A stretch of 64,000 nt of DNA from sequence record NZ_CP110908.1, one strand, 5' to 3'. Position numbers and translations under genes: made by a program. Below, in pieces: positions 63,720 through 64,000 of this stretch; positions within the stretch are counted from its first letter, which is position 1; each line of letters starts with the position of its first letter. A model generated the notes under the pieces. That model saw only the letters and a program-made list of their open reading frames with translations. It was not told where the DNA came from and did not search any database. This stretch comes from a plasmid.

Positions 63720-64000
63720 TGGAAAACATTGCGCTCATTGGTATCGATCTGGGTAAAAACTCTTTCCATATTCATTGCCAGGATCGTCGCGGGAAGGCTG
63801 TTTACCGTAAAAAATTTACCCGGCCAAAGTTGATCGAATTTTTGGCGACATGCCCCGCTACAACCATCGCAATGGAAGCCTGTGGCGGTTCTCACTTTAT
63901 GGCACGCAAGTTGGAAGAGTTGGGGCATTCCCCAAAGCTGATATCACCACAATTTGTCCGCCCGTTCGTTAAAAGCAATAAAAACGACTTTGTCGACGCC
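63720..64000 (+). CDS. IS110-family transposase, N-terminal part (continues beyond window end)
   Basis: MENIALIGIDLGKNSFHIHCQD...AMEACGGSHFMARKL resembles the DEDD N-terminal domain of IS110-family transposases. Confidence 0.6.

Overview
This window reads as a mosaic segment of an enterobacterial (Klebsiella/E. coli-type) IncF-like multidrug-resistance plasmid. All calls come from reading the sequence and the supplied six-frame ORFs; no database search was run.

From 5' to 3' the window contains:
(1) 1-7.7 kb, a conjugative-plasmid leading-region-like block. It holds a KlcA/ArdB antirestriction gene, two paralogous small ORFs, an orphan DPPY DNA methyltransferase, a DUF1281-like gene, three hairpin-rich putative single-strand promoter (Frpo/ssi-like) elements (two are about 80 percent identical), and umuDC with a LexA box.
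(2) 7.7-12.1 kb, a parA-parB-orf-orf operon plus a large HEPN-NTD/RES-domain gene. Six copies of a 20-bp perfect palindrome AGATTTCGCATGCGAAATCT punctuate this block; two lie inside coding sequence and encode EISHAKS in frame.
(3) 13.8-23.9 kb, an island bracketed by two homologous ~60-bp recombination-site-like modules. Inside are a serine recombinase, an IS2 with an intact 5-bp TSD that splits a small ORF, an Rpn-family nuclease gene, and an intact ygbI-ygbJKLMN (L-threonate/D-erythronate) operon.
(4) The F-type resD-ccdB-ccdA module and a vapBC operon.
(5) A decayed Gabija system: an OLD-family gajA carrying a frameshift at a T7 run, and a UvrD-like gajB cut after about 59 codons by an IS903-like element.
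(6) 30.2-48.7 kb, a plasmid-borne group-3-type capsule (kps) locus.
 - Region 1 is a lipoprotein gene plus kpsDMTE.
 - Region 2 is very AT-rich and holds a Stealth hexose-1-phosphotransferase, a 1394-aa GT2/TagF-like/TPR protein, and a DUF563/GT61-like protein. This predicts a phosphodiester-linked, teichoic-acid-like capsule.
 - The regions are separated by an IS1 with a TSD and by an IS3-family element next to a 3' rmlC remnant.
 - kpsC and kpsS are GC-rich.
 - An ops-like element and a C9 tract lie upstream.
(7) 48.8-64.0 kb, a nested resistance region. In order: delta-IS5, delta-Tn2 with blaTEM-1, a 460-bp fragment with iteron-like repeats, an IS1182-family element, a DUF3883 gene, a tRNA-Leu(UAA) gene interrupted by a ~213-nt group I intron, tmrB, aac(3)-IIa, a Tn2 IRR fragment, IS26, mph(A)-mrx-mphR(A), IS6100, padR-chrA, and a partial IS110-family transposase gene.
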